Shown piece by piece: positions 26,689 to 35,194 of a stretch of DNA of 40,011 nucleotides. How positions within the stretch are numbered: the stretch's first letter is position 1; each line of letters opens with the position of its first letter. Source of the stretch: a virus (Duplodnaviria > Caudoviricetes); the IMG/VR virus record IMGVR_UViG_3300032125_000010, positions 1 to 40,011 of that record; one strand, 5' to 3'. The translations under genes and the position numbers were made by a program. Under the pieces are notes generated by a model. The model ran no database searches. It was not told where the DNA came from and saw nothing but the letters and a program-made list of their open reading frames with translations.

Positions 26689-26820
26689 TTACGGAGTTCT
26701 GCAATCATCTTGGCGAGACTTGAGGGCGTGGTGCCGGTTGGCGCTAGTTGCGCGGGGATCTTTGAGCAGCAGCCCGAGGACGTGCTCGCCGGCGACGTGC
26801 TGCGCGTAGCCATGTGTCAT
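26689..26820 (-). CDS. Possible small ORF coupled to repressor (43 aa)
   Basis: TGATG overlap with repressor stop; MTHGYAQHVAGEHVLGLLLK...; no recognisable motif. Confidence 0.3.
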   Translation of the reverse strand: MTHGYAQHVAGEHVLGLLLKDPRATSANRHHALKSRQDDCRTP

Positions 26821-27092
26821 CACGTAGATGTGTCCCGGCTCTTTAGTATGCGAGCCTCGGCGTCTTCCATTACCTGACTCGGGTCTATCTGTAGCGCCCG
26901 GGCAATGACTAGGAAGTTGCCCAAGACCATAGGGCGCTCCCCACTTAGGTAGGACTGCACCGCTTGGTACTTGAGCCCGGTTGCGTCGGCCACAGCTTTG
27001 ATCGTCATGTCCAGCTCGGCTCGGCGCAGCTTTAGGACCATTGCGACGGCGGCATGGTAGGCGTCTATATCATCTGGCATGTTTGTATCCAC
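26820..27092 (-). CDS. Immunity repressor (XRE HTH)
   Basis: LKLRRAELDMTIKAVADATGLKYQAVQSYLSGER; divergent from Cro; TAATAT -10 located 6 nt before GTG (leaderless). Confidence 0.85.
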   Translation of the reverse strand: MDTNMPDDIDAYHAAVAMVLKLRRAELDMTIKAVADATGLKYQAVQSYLSGERPMVLGNFLVIARALQIDPSQVMEDAEARILKSRDTST

Positions 27093-27187
27093 TCGGACAT
27101 ATTACTGTCAATTTGCAGCAGGCACACAGCCCGTACCCACTTGGGGGGTTTTCTGGACTTGCGCGTATGTTCATTTGGATATAGCTT
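27084..27187. promoter_or_regulatory. Genetic switch: divergent promoters and two operators
   Basis: Operators TGTATCC-ACTC-GGACATA (27084-27101) and TATGTTC-ATTT-GGATATA (27166-27183); rightward TTGCGC-17bp-TAGCTT before the Cro ATG. Confidence 0.7.
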
Positions 27188-27194
27188 TGTGTTT

Positions 27195-27440
27195 ATGGAC
27201 ACCGAGACAGCAGCAATCGCCCAAAGGCTGAATGCGGCGAGAAGAGCCAAAGGGGTAGCGATATCCCCCCTCTCCCTCTCCACAGGAACCCCGTACACCA
27301 ACCTTCAGCAGTTCTTCGCCGGCAAGCGCGACTTGCCCATTGGCAAGGTCGCACAAGTCGCCCGCGAATTGAACCTGAATCCATCCGAATACATGCCCGA
27401 CTTTTCCGTGACAACACCGGAAGCAACGGTCGCAGCATGA
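27195..27440 (+). CDS. Cro-like HTH protein
   Basis: RLNAARRAKGVAISPLSLSTGTPYTNLQQFFAGKRD HTH; first gene of the early operon. Confidence 0.8.
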   Translation: MDTETAAIAQRLNAARRAKGVAISPLSLSTGTPYTNLQQFFAGKRDLPIGKVAQVARELNLNPSEYMPDFSVTTPEATVAA

Positions 27441-27649
27441 GCGCCCTGTCAGAAGCGGCCCCGGCTCCCGTTGCGTACTCGATACCCAACGCAGCCCGCG
27501 CCGTAGACATGGGCACCGAGGCATTCCGCTCGCACATCGTTGCCGGAAACCTCACCGTTCGTTACCCGAACTCATCGCCGCGCATCGCGCATGACGAGCT
27601 GGTCGAGTGGTTCAAGAACCTGCCGCTCGACAAGCCGCTCCCCAAGTAG
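27437..27649 (+). CDS. Excisionase-like (winged HTH) DNA-binding protein
   Basis: VAYSIPNAARAVDMG...IVAGNL...PRIAHDELVEWF. Confidence 0.7.
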   Translation: MSALSEAAPAPVAYSIPNAARAVDMGTEAFRSHIVAGNLTVRYPNSSPRIAHDELVEWFKNLPLDKPLPK

Positions 27650-27738
27650 CACCCAGGCGCATTTAGCGCCTCATATTCTCGCCGCCCACTGGGTGGCAAT
27701 CCGCTGGCGTGTCACAAAGCCGGCTGCACAACTACATA

Positions 27739-27985
27739 GATGCGATGACCCGAAGAGGCCCCGAAGAACAGGGGACAGATAGGGCACCACTGGTGAAGGC
27801 GCGCGGATACGCCCCGGAGACCATCGCATCACACACACCCACGGCCCGGTATGTCCCGGGACCGCGAGCGCAGCATGGCCGTCGATGACCTCACGCGATA
27901 GACGGCAACAGGGGCGGAGTCCAAAGCGGATCGGGAGGTTCAGCCCTCCCGCCTCACGAACCGAACCCCCTGCGCAAACAGGGGG
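27739..27985 (+). ncRNA. Putative structured non-coding RNA region in the early operon
   Basis: Within a ~370 bp interval lacking a credible gene; stems GATGCGATG/CATCGCATC, GCCGTC/GACGGC, GGGAGG-TTCAGC-CCTCCC, CCCCCTG/CAGGGGG. Confidence 0.45.
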
Positions 27986-28017
27986 CCGAGCAACACCCAA
28001 GTAGATGGAGAGTCACC

Positions 28018-28206
28018 ATGCCAACCCTAAACGAAGACCGCCTCAACAAGGGGCGCCGCTCAACCTACCAAGCACCCGCCAGATACCGCGCACTCATCGA
28101 GATCACCGAGCAGCCAACACCACCCCGGCTCAACCTCACACTCCCCCTGATCGTCGCCGGCAGCCTCATCGCCTGGGTCGGTGTCATCTGGTCGCTGACC
28201 TTGTGA
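28018..28206 (+). CDS. Small membrane protein
   Basis: RBS GGAGAG; C-terminal TM. Confidence 0.65.
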   Translation: MPTLNEDRLNKGRRSTYQAPARYRALIEITEQPTPPRLNLTLPLIVAGSLIAWVGVIWSLTL

Positions 28207-28355
28207 ACGCCCTCAACGCGGCAATCGCACGCATGGTCGTCCTCGCATGGGAAGCCCGAAAAGCGGGCGACATGAGCAGGGCAGAAGCAATCCACGAATG
28301 CATCACCATCGCAACTTCACGCACCATCCAAACCGGATCGGAAACGCGCTCATGA
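28203..28355 (+). CDS. Hypothetical protein
   Basis: GTGA/ATGA coupling. Confidence 0.55.
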   Translation: MNALNAAIARMVVLAWEARKAGDMSRAEAIHECITIATSRTIQTGSETRS

Positions 28356-28576
28356 TTCAGATAGAAAGCACCTCAGCCGCAACATGCCGCACCAACAACC
28401 TGACAGTGGGCACGCAGCTCATCAGCGTCACCAAGCACGGCGAAGTATCCATCGAGATCACGCACATCGGCACCTGGGAGATCAGAGCGAAGACGCTCAG
28501 TGACGACAAGCGCGGGCCGAGTGGCGAAGAACGAATGGAGTTGCAGAAGTGGCGCGAATGGATGGTGTCGGTATGA
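28352..28576 (+). CDS. Hypothetical protein
   Basis: ATGA coupling at both ends. Confidence 0.6.
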   Translation: MIQIESTSAATCRTNNLTVGTQLISVTKHGEVSIEITHIGTWEIRAKTLSDDKRGPSGEERMELQKWREWMVSV

Positions 28577-28911
28577 GCGCCGTCGAGGAAATCCAAGCGG
28601 CCATTGAAAAGCTGACCGAGCAGAAAGACCAGAGCACTAGCGGCCCGTGGTGGGCGTGGCACCCTGCGAACGGGCGCGGCAATTCCAGTGTCGACGCCCC
28701 GTCTGGCGATCCAGACAACCCGGAGATGCCTGTAGAGGGGCAACGGGTCGACGTCGACCTCATCGTCACCCTGCACGCAACGATCGACGCGCAACTGGCA
28801 ATCCTTGGATATGGGCTAGCGGTTCATGGGAGCAAGTATTCCGACCTCACCCCGCCTGTCGAGCACTACGCCCTCACTCTCGCCCGCGCAATAAGCGGGG
28901 CCAACTCATGA
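28573..28911 (+). CDS. Hypothetical protein, Ead/Ea22-like N-terminus
   Basis: KLTEQKDQSTSGPW...DVDLIVTLH; paralog of 24717-25073. Confidence 0.65.
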   Translation: MSAVEEIQAAIEKLTEQKDQSTSGPWWAWHPANGRGNSSVDAPSGDPDNPEMPVEGQRVDVDLIVTLHATIDAQLAILGYGLAVHGSKYSDLTPPVEHYALTLARAISGANS

Positions 28912-29126
28912 GCGCCCCGGAGAACCCGCAGCTAAACCGTGTCGCTGAGATCGGCATTGCAATCATCACGTTCGACGCCGACGACCTTTACCAGGTCACC
29001 TGCAAATGCGAGTACACAACACGCCCGTTCGACAACGGTGCACGCGCTGTCGAAGTCGCCGACCACTTCGACTTCCTCGTGGAGAAGTTCGGTCAGTACC
29101 ACTCGCACCCGAAACTGGCGCGCTAA
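28908..29126 (+). CDS. Hypothetical protein
   Basis: ATGA coupling; YQVTCKCEY. Confidence 0.6.
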   Translation: MSAPENPQLNRVAEIGIAIITFDADDLYQVTCKCEYTTRPFDNGARAVEVADHFDFLVEKFGQYHSHPKLAR

Positions 29127-29326
29127 TGGCGACATCAGGTGAGGCCGTCGTCAGATACACGGTCAACACGTACTGCACACGCCCGGTCACGTTGCTCAGC
29201 TTCGGGGATCTCACCTGCAACTGGGAGGGCGACTGCGACGTCTACGTGGACAGCGACAACACAGCCGTTTTCGTCTGCGGAAACGGGCACACGAACGAAA
29301 CAACTTGGGACGAGATTAGAACATGA
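29126..29326 (+). CDS. Small zinc-ribbon-like protein
   Basis: TAATG coupling; C..., C.WEG, FVCGNGH. Confidence 0.6.
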   Translation: MATSGEAVVRYTVNTYCTRPVTLLSFGDLTCNWEGDCDVYVDSDNTAVFVCGNGHTNETTWDEIRT

Positions 29327-29502
29327 ACGCCTACCTCAACGGGTCACTGGCCCTCATCGTCATCGCATCCGCCATCACCGCACTCATCGGCGTGTTCACA
29401 TCCGTGGGCCTGCTCAACATCTCGGCACTCACCGCCATCGCAGCCGTCACCTGGCTCGCAATGCGCTGGCTAGACGAAAACGTAGAAGGAATCCGATCAT
29501 GA
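29323..29502 (+). CDS. Small two-TM membrane protein (59 aa)
   Basis: MNAYLNGSLALIVIASAITALIGVF...LTAIAAVTWLAMRW, read manually; ATGA overlaps. Confidence 0.65.
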   Translation: MNAYLNGSLALIVIASAITALIGVFTSVGLLNISALTAIAAVTWLAMRWLDENVEGIRS

Positions 29503-29972
29503 CCGAATACACCGCAGTAACCGACTGGGCCACCATTGCCACGGGGCAGAAAGTCCGGGCGACACGAGACGGCGAAAGAGTCGAGTTCACAGTTGCCAGG
29601 ATCGACACTTTTGACCGAGTGACGTACATCAACAACGACATGGCCGGCATCCAGCTCAACAGCGAAGACCACCCCGCATGGACGTTCGAGGCTGAGAAGG
29701 TCCGGGTTGTGCTGCCGACTGGTGACGACATTTTCAAGGATGCCCACGGTGCATTCTGGGAGCTTTCCGGTGGCAAGTGGCGCAGTGCTGGCAACGATGA
29801 GGCCTATGCGCTGTGGGAGGCAGAACTGCTAATCAGCCTCCCCCTCACCCGCCTGCGCCCCGAGGCAGAAGTTGCCGCGGAAGTGATCGCCGAGGTCCAC
29901 GGGCTGTTTGGCCCCGGCGCGCTCCTGCACGCAGAAGTCGACCGGATCGCCGCCAAATGGGCCACCTCGTGA
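29499..29972 (+). CDS. Hypothetical protein
   Basis: RBS GAAGGA; MTEYTAV...; ATGA coupling. Confidence 0.7.
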   Translation: MTEYTAVTDWATIATGQKVRATRDGERVEFTVARIDTFDRVTYINNDMAGIQLNSEDHPAWTFEAEKVRVVLPTGDDIFKDAHGAFWELSGGKWRSAGNDEAYALWEAELLISLPLTRLRPEAEVAAEVIAEVHGLFGPGALLHAEVDRIAAKWATS

Positions 29973-30070
29973 CCACCTACGCCTTCCCCGCATACAACCC
30001 GGTCATCCCTGAACTCATCTTCTCGGATGGCCCCGCAACTTGGAACGACGAAAAGGACGTGACGAAATGA
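29969..30070 (+). CDS. Small hypothetical protein (33 aa)
   Basis: GTGA/ATGA coupling; ends KDVTK. Confidence 0.45.
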   Translation: MTTYAFPAYNPVIPELIFSDGPATWNDEKDVTK

Positions 30071-30354
30071 ACCTGTTCATCTGTAGCGACTGCGGCAATG
30101 ACACGTCGTTGACAGCCCCGGTGCAGCCATCCGGGCACGGGGCGACTTGCCCTCGCCGTGGTGGGCACATCTCGGCACTCACCGCCAACATCCGCGAGTA
30201 CCCGTCAGGACTATGGGCCACTCAGTGCCGCGACGGTCACAACTTCATCGAGGCATACCGCGGGGCCAGCCGCTCGGCATCACTTCAAGCCCTCGCCGCA
30301 CATAACGCCGAGGTGCACGGCATCTCACGATTCACGAAGGACGTGACGAAATGA
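30053..30354 (+). repeat. 18-bp direct repeat AAGGACGTGACGAAATGA flanking one gene
   Basis: Identical copies at 30053-30070 and 30337-30354. Confidence 0.9.
30067..30354 (+). CDS. Cys/His-rich hypothetical protein
   Basis: CSDCG, H...CP, C..GH...HNAEVH; RBS AAGGA. Confidence 0.65.
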   Translation: MNLFICSDCGNDTSLTAPVQPSGHGATCPRRGGHISALTANIREYPSGLWATQCRDGHNFIEAYRGASRSASLQALAAHNAEVHGISRFTKDVTK

Positions 30355-30551
30355 CGGATCACAGAGCAGAATGCGCCGGATGGCTTGAATACTCAACCCA
30401 GCACATCCCCGACATCGAAGACAGCGCAGTGCACGCCAGCAACATCGCCCAAGTCCACGCAACCCTCGCACTGGTCGACGCAACCAACGCACAGACCGCA
30501 GCAATGGAACGGATCGCACGGGCAGCACCGAGTCGGGCGGTCGGACTGTGA
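30351..30551 (+). CDS. Hypothetical protein
   Basis: MTDHRAE...AQVHATLALV family of small actinophage proteins. Confidence 0.7.
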   Translation: MTDHRAECAGWLEYSTQHIPDIEDSAVHASNIAQVHATLALVDATNAQTAAMERIARAAPSRAVGL

Positions 30552-30979
30552 GCCTCGGATCGTTCGACGGACTTGCACCGGCGACGTACGACATCCCCGA
30601 GTCGCCGTTCAACACGACGTTCACCTTCGCATGGGAGAAAGCGCCCCTGTCGATGAACTACCGGATGCACCGCATGCAGGCCGCGAACATCACAAAAGAG
30701 ATCCGCTCACTCATGCACTCCCTGGCGCGAAACATCCCCGACTTGGGCCGGTGTCGCGTTGACCTCATCTGGTGGGTCAACACGAAGCACCGCCGTGACG
30801 AAGAGAACGTGGTGCCAGTCCTCAAAGCGCTATGTGACGGGCTGGTTGACGCCGAAGTTGTCGAGGATGACACCCGCGAATTCATGGTGAAGATGATGCC
30901 CGAGATTCGCTTCATCCCCAAACGGCAGAAGCTCGCATGCTTCGAATTCACGATTACCGAGATTGGAACAGCCGCATGA
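30548..30979 (+). CDS. rusA: RusA-like Holliday junction resolvase
   Basis: PLSMN, RRDEEN....K...DGLV.....DD. Confidence 0.8.
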   Translation: MSLGSFDGLAPATYDIPESPFNTTFTFAWEKAPLSMNYRMHRMQAANITKEIRSLMHSLARNIPDLGRCRVDLIWWVNTKHRRDEENVVPVLKALCDGLVDAEVVEDDTREFMVKMMPEIRFIPKRQKLACFEFTITEIGTAA

Positions 30980-31656
30980 GCCTAGTTATCTACGAGAGCT
31001 TGGAGCAAGGTACCGACGAGTGGCTAGCTGCACGCGCTGGGCTGGTTACCGCCTCAGTCGTGGGGAAGCTCATTACACCATCTCTCAAGCTGGCGGACAA
31101 CGAGACTTCACGCGGACTCATTGAGACGCTGGCAGCCGAGCGGATAACCGGTCACGTCGATTTCGTGTTCCCCAACGCAGACATGCAGCGCGGGACGATG
31201 GATGAGCCCTACTGTCGCGACATCTACGCCGCCAACTACGCGCCCGTCACCGAGGTAGGTTTCATGCGCCTCGACACCGACGACTACTCGCTGGGATTCT
31301 CTCCCGATGGCGCCGTGGCAGCGGATGGCTTGATTGAGATCAAGTCCAGACGCCCCCGCATTCAGATGCACACGATCCTGTCGGGCAGCGTCCCGATGGC
31401 GAACCGAGCTCAAATCCAGGCTGGCTTGTTTGTCAGCGGTCGAGAATGGCTCGACTTCATCAGCTACGCAGGCGGCTGGCACATGTACGTCGAACGTGTC
31501 TACCCGGACCCCAAATGGTTCGAGGTAATCCACGAAGCCGCAACCAAAGCTGAGAAGGACATCACGGATCTCATCGCGAGATACGAGGTCGCATCCCTGG
31601 GCCTCATCCTTGCCGAGCGCGTCGACCACTTCGCAGACATCGAGATCGGACTGTGA
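30976..31656 (+). CDS. YqaJ / lambda-exonuclease family protein
   Basis: QGTDEWLAARAGLVTAS, RGTMDEP, GFSPDG, GLIEIKS, AQIQAGL. Confidence 0.9.
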   Translation: MSLVIYESLEQGTDEWLAARAGLVTASVVGKLITPSLKLADNETSRGLIETLAAERITGHVDFVFPNADMQRGTMDEPYCRDIYAANYAPVTEVGFMRLDTDDYSLGFSPDGAVAADGLIEIKSRRPRIQMHTILSGSVPMANRAQIQAGLFVSGREWLDFISYAGGWHMYVERVYPDPKWFEVIHEAATKAEKDITDLIARYEVASLGLILAERVDHFADIEIGL

Positions 31657-32237
31657 GCGCCGAATGCACGCATCCCGGCTGCGAACGGGAGCAATACAGG
31701 ATCGGGTACTGCACCGCGCATCGAAACCGGTTCCGGTTGGGCAAGGACATGGACGCGCCTCACCGTAGTGACATAACCCCAGAGGACCACTTCTGGGCAA
31801 AGGTGACCAAGGCGGACGGCTGCTGGGAATGGACCGCGCACAAGAGCATCGACGGGTACGCGAACTTCTGGTATCGAAACTCCTGGCTTCGCGCCCACCG
31901 CGTCTCATACGAATGGGCACGCGGCCCCATCCCCACAGGAATGCAGGTCGACCACATGTGCCGAAATCCTGGGTGCGTGAACCCGGAGCACATGCGCTTG
32001 GCAACAAATGCGCTCAACAGCCAGAACAGGAGCGGTGCGTACTCAAACGGAACGTCCGGCTCAAGGGGTGTCAGCTGGAGCAAGCGTTCGAGGAAGTGGC
32101 AAGCCTACGCGACCTTGAATCGCAAGCGCACCTACATCGGGCTGTACGACGACATCGAAGACGCCAAAGCCGCCGTATCCCAATGGCGCCGAATCAACAT
32201 GCCCTACTCACTTATGGACCAAGAGAAAGCAGCCTAG
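31653..32237 (+). CDS. HNH homing endonuclease with AP2-like C-terminal DNA-binding domain
   Basis: CWEWT, AHRVSYE, VDHMCRNPGCVNPEHM, SG.RGVSW...KWQA...YIGLYDD. Confidence 0.9.
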   Translation: MSAECTHPGCEREQYRIGYCTAHRNRFRLGKDMDAPHRSDITPEDHFWAKVTKADGCWEWTAHKSIDGYANFWYRNSWLRAHRVSYEWARGPIPTGMQVDHMCRNPGCVNPEHMRLATNALNSQNRSGAYSNGTSGSRGVSWSKRSRKWQAYATLNRKRTYIGLYDDIEDAKAAVSQWRRINMPYSLMDQEKAA

Positions 32238-32239
32238 CT

Positions 32240-32827
32240 ATGGACATCTCAGAAACCACAGGCGCGAATTCCGCGCAACAGAATTACGACGACTACCTCG
32301 GCGGGCAGACCCGCACGGTCACGATCACCGCAGTCACCAAGGGCAGCGCTGAGCAGCCGGTCGATGTGCAGATCGCGGAGTTCCCTGGCCACCCGTTCAA
32401 GCCAAACAAGACTATGCGGAGACTCCTCGTCGTCGCCTGGGGCGCTGATTCGACGGCGTACATCGGGCGCCGGCTGACCCTGTTCGGCAACCCCGGCGTT
32501 ATCTACGGCGGTAAAGCTGTCGGCGGCGTGGAGATAGCGGCTATGAGCGACCTCGAGAAACCGCTCACCGTTGCACTGACGGCCAAGCGTGGACAGCGCC
32601 GCAACTTCACCGTCAAGCCCCTCGCCGCACCTGTACAAGATCCTGTACGCGACTGGCAGGCCGAGATCGACGCCACCACCACCACGGCAGCACTCACCGC
32701 GCTCTACCAGCAGATCCGCCAGATTCCCGGCGCATACACCGACGAACTCACCGCCGCATTCACTGTGCGCGGTGCAGCACTCAAGGCCACCGCAGCAGCC
32801 GAGCAGACAGAAGGAGACGCAGCATGA
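32240..32827 (+). CDS. Putative single-strand DNA binding/annealing partner of the exonuclease
   Basis: QNYDD...RTVTITAV..G..EQPV...PFKP.KTMRR.L...WG....YIGR.LTLF...V.YGG..VGG.EI family, usually adjacent to YqaJ. Confidence 0.6.
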   Translation: MDISETTGANSAQQNYDDYLGGQTRTVTITAVTKGSAEQPVDVQIAEFPGHPFKPNKTMRRLLVVAWGADSTAYIGRRLTLFGNPGVIYGGKAVGGVEIAAMSDLEKPLTVALTAKRGQRRNFTVKPLAAPVQDPVRDWQAEIDATTTTAALTALYQQIRQIPGAYTDELTAAFTVRGAALKATAAAEQTEGDAA

Positions 32828-32925
32828 GCCGCAACCCGCGCCACGAATCACACGCCATGCAAGACATCGGCTGGCTCGAAAAGGTGCGGCGCGTGTTCCT
32901 GCTCGTATTCAAGGGGATGCAGTGA
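32824..32925 (+). CDS. Small hypothetical protein (33 aa)
   Basis: RBS AAGGAG; ATGA/TGATG coupling; read manually. Confidence 0.45.
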   Translation: MSRNPRHESHAMQDIGWLEKVRRVFLLVFKGMQ

Positions 32926-33032
32926 TGAGCGACACCTTCACCGTCGAGGCCGCAACCCTCACCCCGCGAGAGGCCACCAACCTCGCATCCATCCTTCTCC
33001 AATTCGCCACGAAAGCACGGGCCACAAAATGA
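32925..33032 (+). CDS. Small hypothetical protein (35 aa)
   Basis: MSDTFTVEAATLTPREA...; coupled at both ends. Confidence 0.5.
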   Translation: MSDTFTVEAATLTPREATNLASILLQFATKARATK

Positions 33033-33457
33033 GCGCACACGGAACACCACAGGGATACACGGACGGTTGCCGCGGGAAGTCAGAGTGCCGCAATCACCGC
33101 ACGAAGCTAATGACCTGCATCGAGGCGCACATCCGCTATCAGGGCGATTACGTGTACCGGACTGCGGTGGACGCTGGCACGGCAACAGCGGCGAAAGAGG
33201 TCTACGCCGCGGTGAAGGTGCCGCGACTGGTTGCTGAGTCACGATCGCAGGCAGCCACACGAGCATCACGCGCGAAACCGAAAGTAGCTAAGGCGCCGAA
33301 GAAGGAACCCAAGCCGCGACCCAAGGCCAAGCACGGCACCGCGTCCGGGTACAAGTCATTCGCGCGCCCCCACGACTGCCCCGAAGAGTTCACGTGCAAC
33401 CAGGCCGCGGCACTCGCTCGCAAGGAGTACCACCACGCAAGGAAGGCCGCAGCATGA
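33029..33457 (+). CDS. Basic protein with two HGTxxGY zinc-binding-like modules
   Basis: HGTPQGY..GCR...C...C and HGTASGY...C....C; Lys/Pro-rich linker. Confidence 0.7.
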   Translation: MSAHGTPQGYTDGCRGKSECRNHRTKLMTCIEAHIRYQGDYVYRTAVDAGTATAAKEVYAAVKVPRLVAESRSQAATRASRAKPKVAKAPKKEPKPRPKAKHGTASGYKSFARPHDCPEEFTCNQAAALARKEYHHARKAAA

Positions 33458-33705
33458 GCGTCGACCTGAGTTGGCAGGAAAGCGCCAACTGTGCCACGAC
33501 CGACCCCGACCTGTTCTTCGATGAGGAAGCCATTCGTTTGTGGCGACTTCGGGAGGTATGTGCGGCGTGCCCTGTGCTCGCTCAGTGCAAGGCCACACAG
33601 GCAGTCATCGAAGCCGACATGGCAGACACAGACATCTTCGGGTTCGTGGCAGGCCAAGCAGCAAGAGAACGCAAAGCCGAACGACGACTAGCAGCCAACG
33701 CATGA
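33454..33705 (+). CDS. whiB: WhiB-family transcription factor
   Basis: W...ANC...DPDLFF...C..CPV..QC with four Cys; GFVAG in place of G(V/I)WGG. Confidence 0.85.
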   Translation: MSVDLSWQESANCATTDPDLFFDEEAIRLWRLREVCAACPVLAQCKATQAVIEADMADTDIFGFVAGQAARERKAERRLAANA

Positions 33706-33735
33706 CACGCACGCGACAAGGAAAGGAGGTGACGC

Positions 33736-34524
33736 ATGGCAAGAGGAAGGGTAATCACCCCGGAATTTTGGACTGACGGAAACATGATCGGCGTGTCTGC
33801 TTTTGCACGTTTGTTCTACATCGGACTGTGGAATTTCGCTTATTGCGACAAGGGCCACTTGCCCGATGATGCTCTCGGGCTGCGTCTGAAGGTGCTTCCT
33901 GGCGACAACGTGAACGCGACCGACCTGATCGCCGAGCTCATGGATTGCGGGCGAGTTCAGCGCGTACAGGGCGAAGGAGAGACATTCCTGTTCATGCCGA
34001 AGTTCGCTCGGCACCAGAAAACGGACCCTCGCTGGAAAACACGGTGCCCCGCCTGCGCTCTCGAAACCTCACCGGTACTCATGGAAACTCCGGTGAGTTA
34101 CGCCGAGCCTCACCAGAGCTCAGCGTTAAGAGAAGAGAACCAGAGAGAAATAGAGAGAAAAGAACCAGAGAGAAACATACACGCTCGTCCGAGCGTGGAG
34201 AGTGTGTTCGACGCGGCCTATTCTCACTGGCCCAAAAAGGTAGAACGCAAACCAGCCCTCGAGAAGTTCAAGGCAGCATCCAAGCGAATCGACCTCGACA
34301 CACTCGCCGAACACATCATCCGATTCGGTGACGCCTACGCAGCAACGACGCCGAGGAAGTACACACCGGCACTGGGCATCTGGATCACCAAGGAGCGGTG
34401 GACGGACGAACTGCCAACCGCGCCCGAGGCCGACCGCAAGCCAACACGCGGGGACAACAACCTGGCGTTCGTGCAGGACATGTTCCGCAACGAGCAAGCA
34501 GACAGATTGGAGATTGACCGATGA
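33736..34524 (+). CDS. Replication initiator protein
   Basis: MARGRVITPEFWTD...ARLFYIGLWNFA..DKG; C-terminal F...WPKKV..K.A...W...ERW.DE; RBS AGGAGG. Confidence 0.8.
   Translation: MARGRVITPEFWTDGNMIGVSAFARLFYIGLWNFAYCDKGHLPDDALGLRLKVLPGDNVNATDLIAELMDCGRVQRVQGEGETFLFMPKFARHQKTDPRWKTRCPACALETSPVLMETPVSYAEPHQSSALREENQREIERKEPERNIHARPSVESVFDAAYSHWPKKVERKPALEKFKAASKRIDLDTLAEHIIRFGDAYAATTPRKYTPALGIWITKERWTDELPTAPEADRKPTRGDNNLAFVQDMFRNEQADRLEIDR
34063..34175. repeat. Candidate replication origin: iteron-like repeats and purine-rich tract
   Basis: CTCACC(G/A)G-like repeats at 34063-34125; AGAACCAGAGAGAAA twice (34136-34150, 34161-34175) inside the initiator gene. Confidence 0.55.
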
Positions 34525-34964
34525 TTACCAAACCCGAGATTGGGGCGCTGCTGCTGTTTGCCAGTGGCCTCGACAGGTTCGTGCAGGTTGACCGCGTGAC
34601 CACGGATGCGTGGTTCCGTGTCCTGGCGAACGTGGACGTAACGCACGCTCAGGCTGAGCAGGCGTGCATCCAGCACTACACCGGCCCGGACAGTAACCGA
34701 CCGTTCACCGTTGCGCATGTTGTCGCGTTCGTGACTGCTGACAACCGTTCGACGGTCAAGGCCATCGAGGACGACGTGAGATCGGCAAAAGCTCGCCTGT
34801 TGATCTCGAAGGGGTGGCCTGATCGTCAGGCGCTCCCCAACGACGTCAAGGATGCGTTGTTGACGTTGCGTGACCTTGAGCGTAGGGCTGCGACTACTCG
34901 GGATGAGCTCGAGCAGGGTGGCGGATCGCCGGCGGATGTCGGCGCAGTTGGGAGGGTGTTGTGA
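34521..34964 (+). CDS. Helicase loader/inhibitor-like protein
   Basis: Follows initiator; E...LL..A.GLD.R....AW..VL....A..A...HY pattern. Confidence 0.6.
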   Translation: MITKPEIGALLLFASGLDRFVQVDRVTTDAWFRVLANVDVTHAQAEQACIQHYTGPDSNRPFTVAHVVAFVTADNRSTVKAIEDDVRSAKARLLISKGWPDRQALPNDVKDALLTLRDLERRAATTRDELEQGGGSPADVGAVGRVL

Positions 34965-35194
34965 CGAAAAGGGAACGCGACCATGCGGCAAAGCTCGAGC
35001 GGATCATGCGCAGTCACGAAGGCTGGGAGAAGCGCACACTCGCCGACTTGCGGGTGGCGGGGTACAAGTTCACGTCGATTGACCAGGCGAATCGGTATCT
35101 CAAGGCGCAGCGAACGATGGCGGGGATGAGTTCTCAGCAGATCGTCGCGGCAAGGGCGGGCACACCGGAACAGGAAACGGAGCAGGCAGCATGA
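34961..35194 (+). CDS. Hypothetical protein
   Basis: RBS GGAGGG; coupled at both ends. Confidence 0.65.
   Translation: MTKRERDHAAKLERIMRSHEGWEKRTLADLRVAGYKFTSIDQANRYLKAQRTMAGMSSQQIVAARAGTPEQETEQAA

Noticed and set aside
26595-26820. Fragment of a second integrase C-terminus (MTHGYAQH) or a 72-aa gene
   Set aside because: Similarity is too short to support, and neither frame has recognisable motifs
27739-27830. Hammerhead ribozyme (CCGAAGAG resembles the CUGANGA core)
   Set aside because: Core deviates and the required GAAA after stem II is missing
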